Shown here: piece after piece, positions 14,626 through 14,832 of the stretch
Numbering within the stretch: position 1 is the stretch's first letter
How the letters are laid out: each line of letters begins with the position of its first letter
Source: Armatimonadota bacterium
Lineage (GTDB): Bacteria > Sysuimicrobiota > Sysuimicrobiia > Sysuimicrobiales > Humicultoraceae
Assembly: GCA_052386995.1 (NCBI GenBank)
Contig: JBQTJP010000087.1
Location: 1-14,832, forward strand
Length of the DNA stretch: 14,832 bases
Direction: 5' to 3'
The notes under the pieces: generated by a model
Seen by the model: the letters and a program-made list of their open reading frames with translations, nothing else
What the model was told of the DNA's origin: nothing
Database searches by the model: none
Made by a program: the position numbers and the translations under genes

Positions 14626-14639
14626 CGCAGAACCTCACC

Positions 14640-14668
14640 TTGACACTACCACAGGTGTCTGTTATACG
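14640..14668 (+). promoter_or_regulatory. Putative sigma70-type promoter for hom
   Basis: TTGACA (14640-14645), a 17-nt spacer ending in TGT (extended -10), then TATACG (14663-14668). Overlapped by the inverted repeat GACAC-N8-GTGTC (14642-14659). Confidence 0.5.
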
Positions 14669-14693
14669 GTGTGGGACAATTGCGGAGGCGAGC

Positions 14694-14832
14694 ATGGCGC
14701 GCACTACGTCCGGCGTCTGTCGCGTCGGGCTTCTCGGTCTCGGCACGGTCGGCGCGGTGGTGGCCGATCTCCTGGTGCATCGGCGGGACGAGATCGCAGC
14801 GCGTGCGGGACAGGCGGTCCATCTCCAGCGGG
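14694..14832 (+). CDS. hom: Homoserine dehydrogenase, 5' end; runs off the right edge
   Basis: Not in the ORF track. Manual translation gives MARTTSGVCRVGLLGLGTVGAVVADLLVHRRDEIAARAGQAVHLQR, with the VGLLGLGTVG Rossmann motif and the typical EIAARAG segment; SD GGAGG at 14684-14688. Confidence 0.85.
   Translation, partial: MARTTSGVCRVGLLGLGTVGAVVADLLVHRRDEIAARAGQAVHLQR

Overview
High-GC bacterial window with no rRNA, tRNA, CRISPR array or transposase; the host lineage cannot be fixed from sequence alone. It has three blocks. (1) 1-4971, minus strand: a tightly coupled catabolic operon encoding a NicX-like (2,5-dihydroxypyridine dioxygenase/peptidase M29 fold) protein, an alpha/beta hydrolase, an atypical acyl-CoA dehydrogenase-family flavoprotein, an acyl-CoA ligase and a MetE-C-terminal-like protein (cut by the window edge). 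(2) 5235-10811, plus strand, divergent: a 4-hydroxyphenylacetate/homoprotocatechuate operon (hpaI[DapA-type]-hpaG-hpaE-hpaB-hpaC-hpaD). Its hpaE has a large internal deletion plus a 1-nt compensating frameshift. (3) 10816-14625: the most interesting part, a candidate RRNPP-like peptide-signalling locus. A 40-aa secreted propeptide gene (11514-11636) lies directly upstream of an XRE-HTH + TPR receptor (11710-13002). These are followed by a small phage-holin-like ORF and a second, convergent, degenerate XRE-HTH + TPR protein. On the other side are a divergent 65-aa ORF, operator-like repeats and structured RNA elements. The window ends in the 5' end of homoserine dehydrogenase. All calls come from manual motif recognition; no searches were run.
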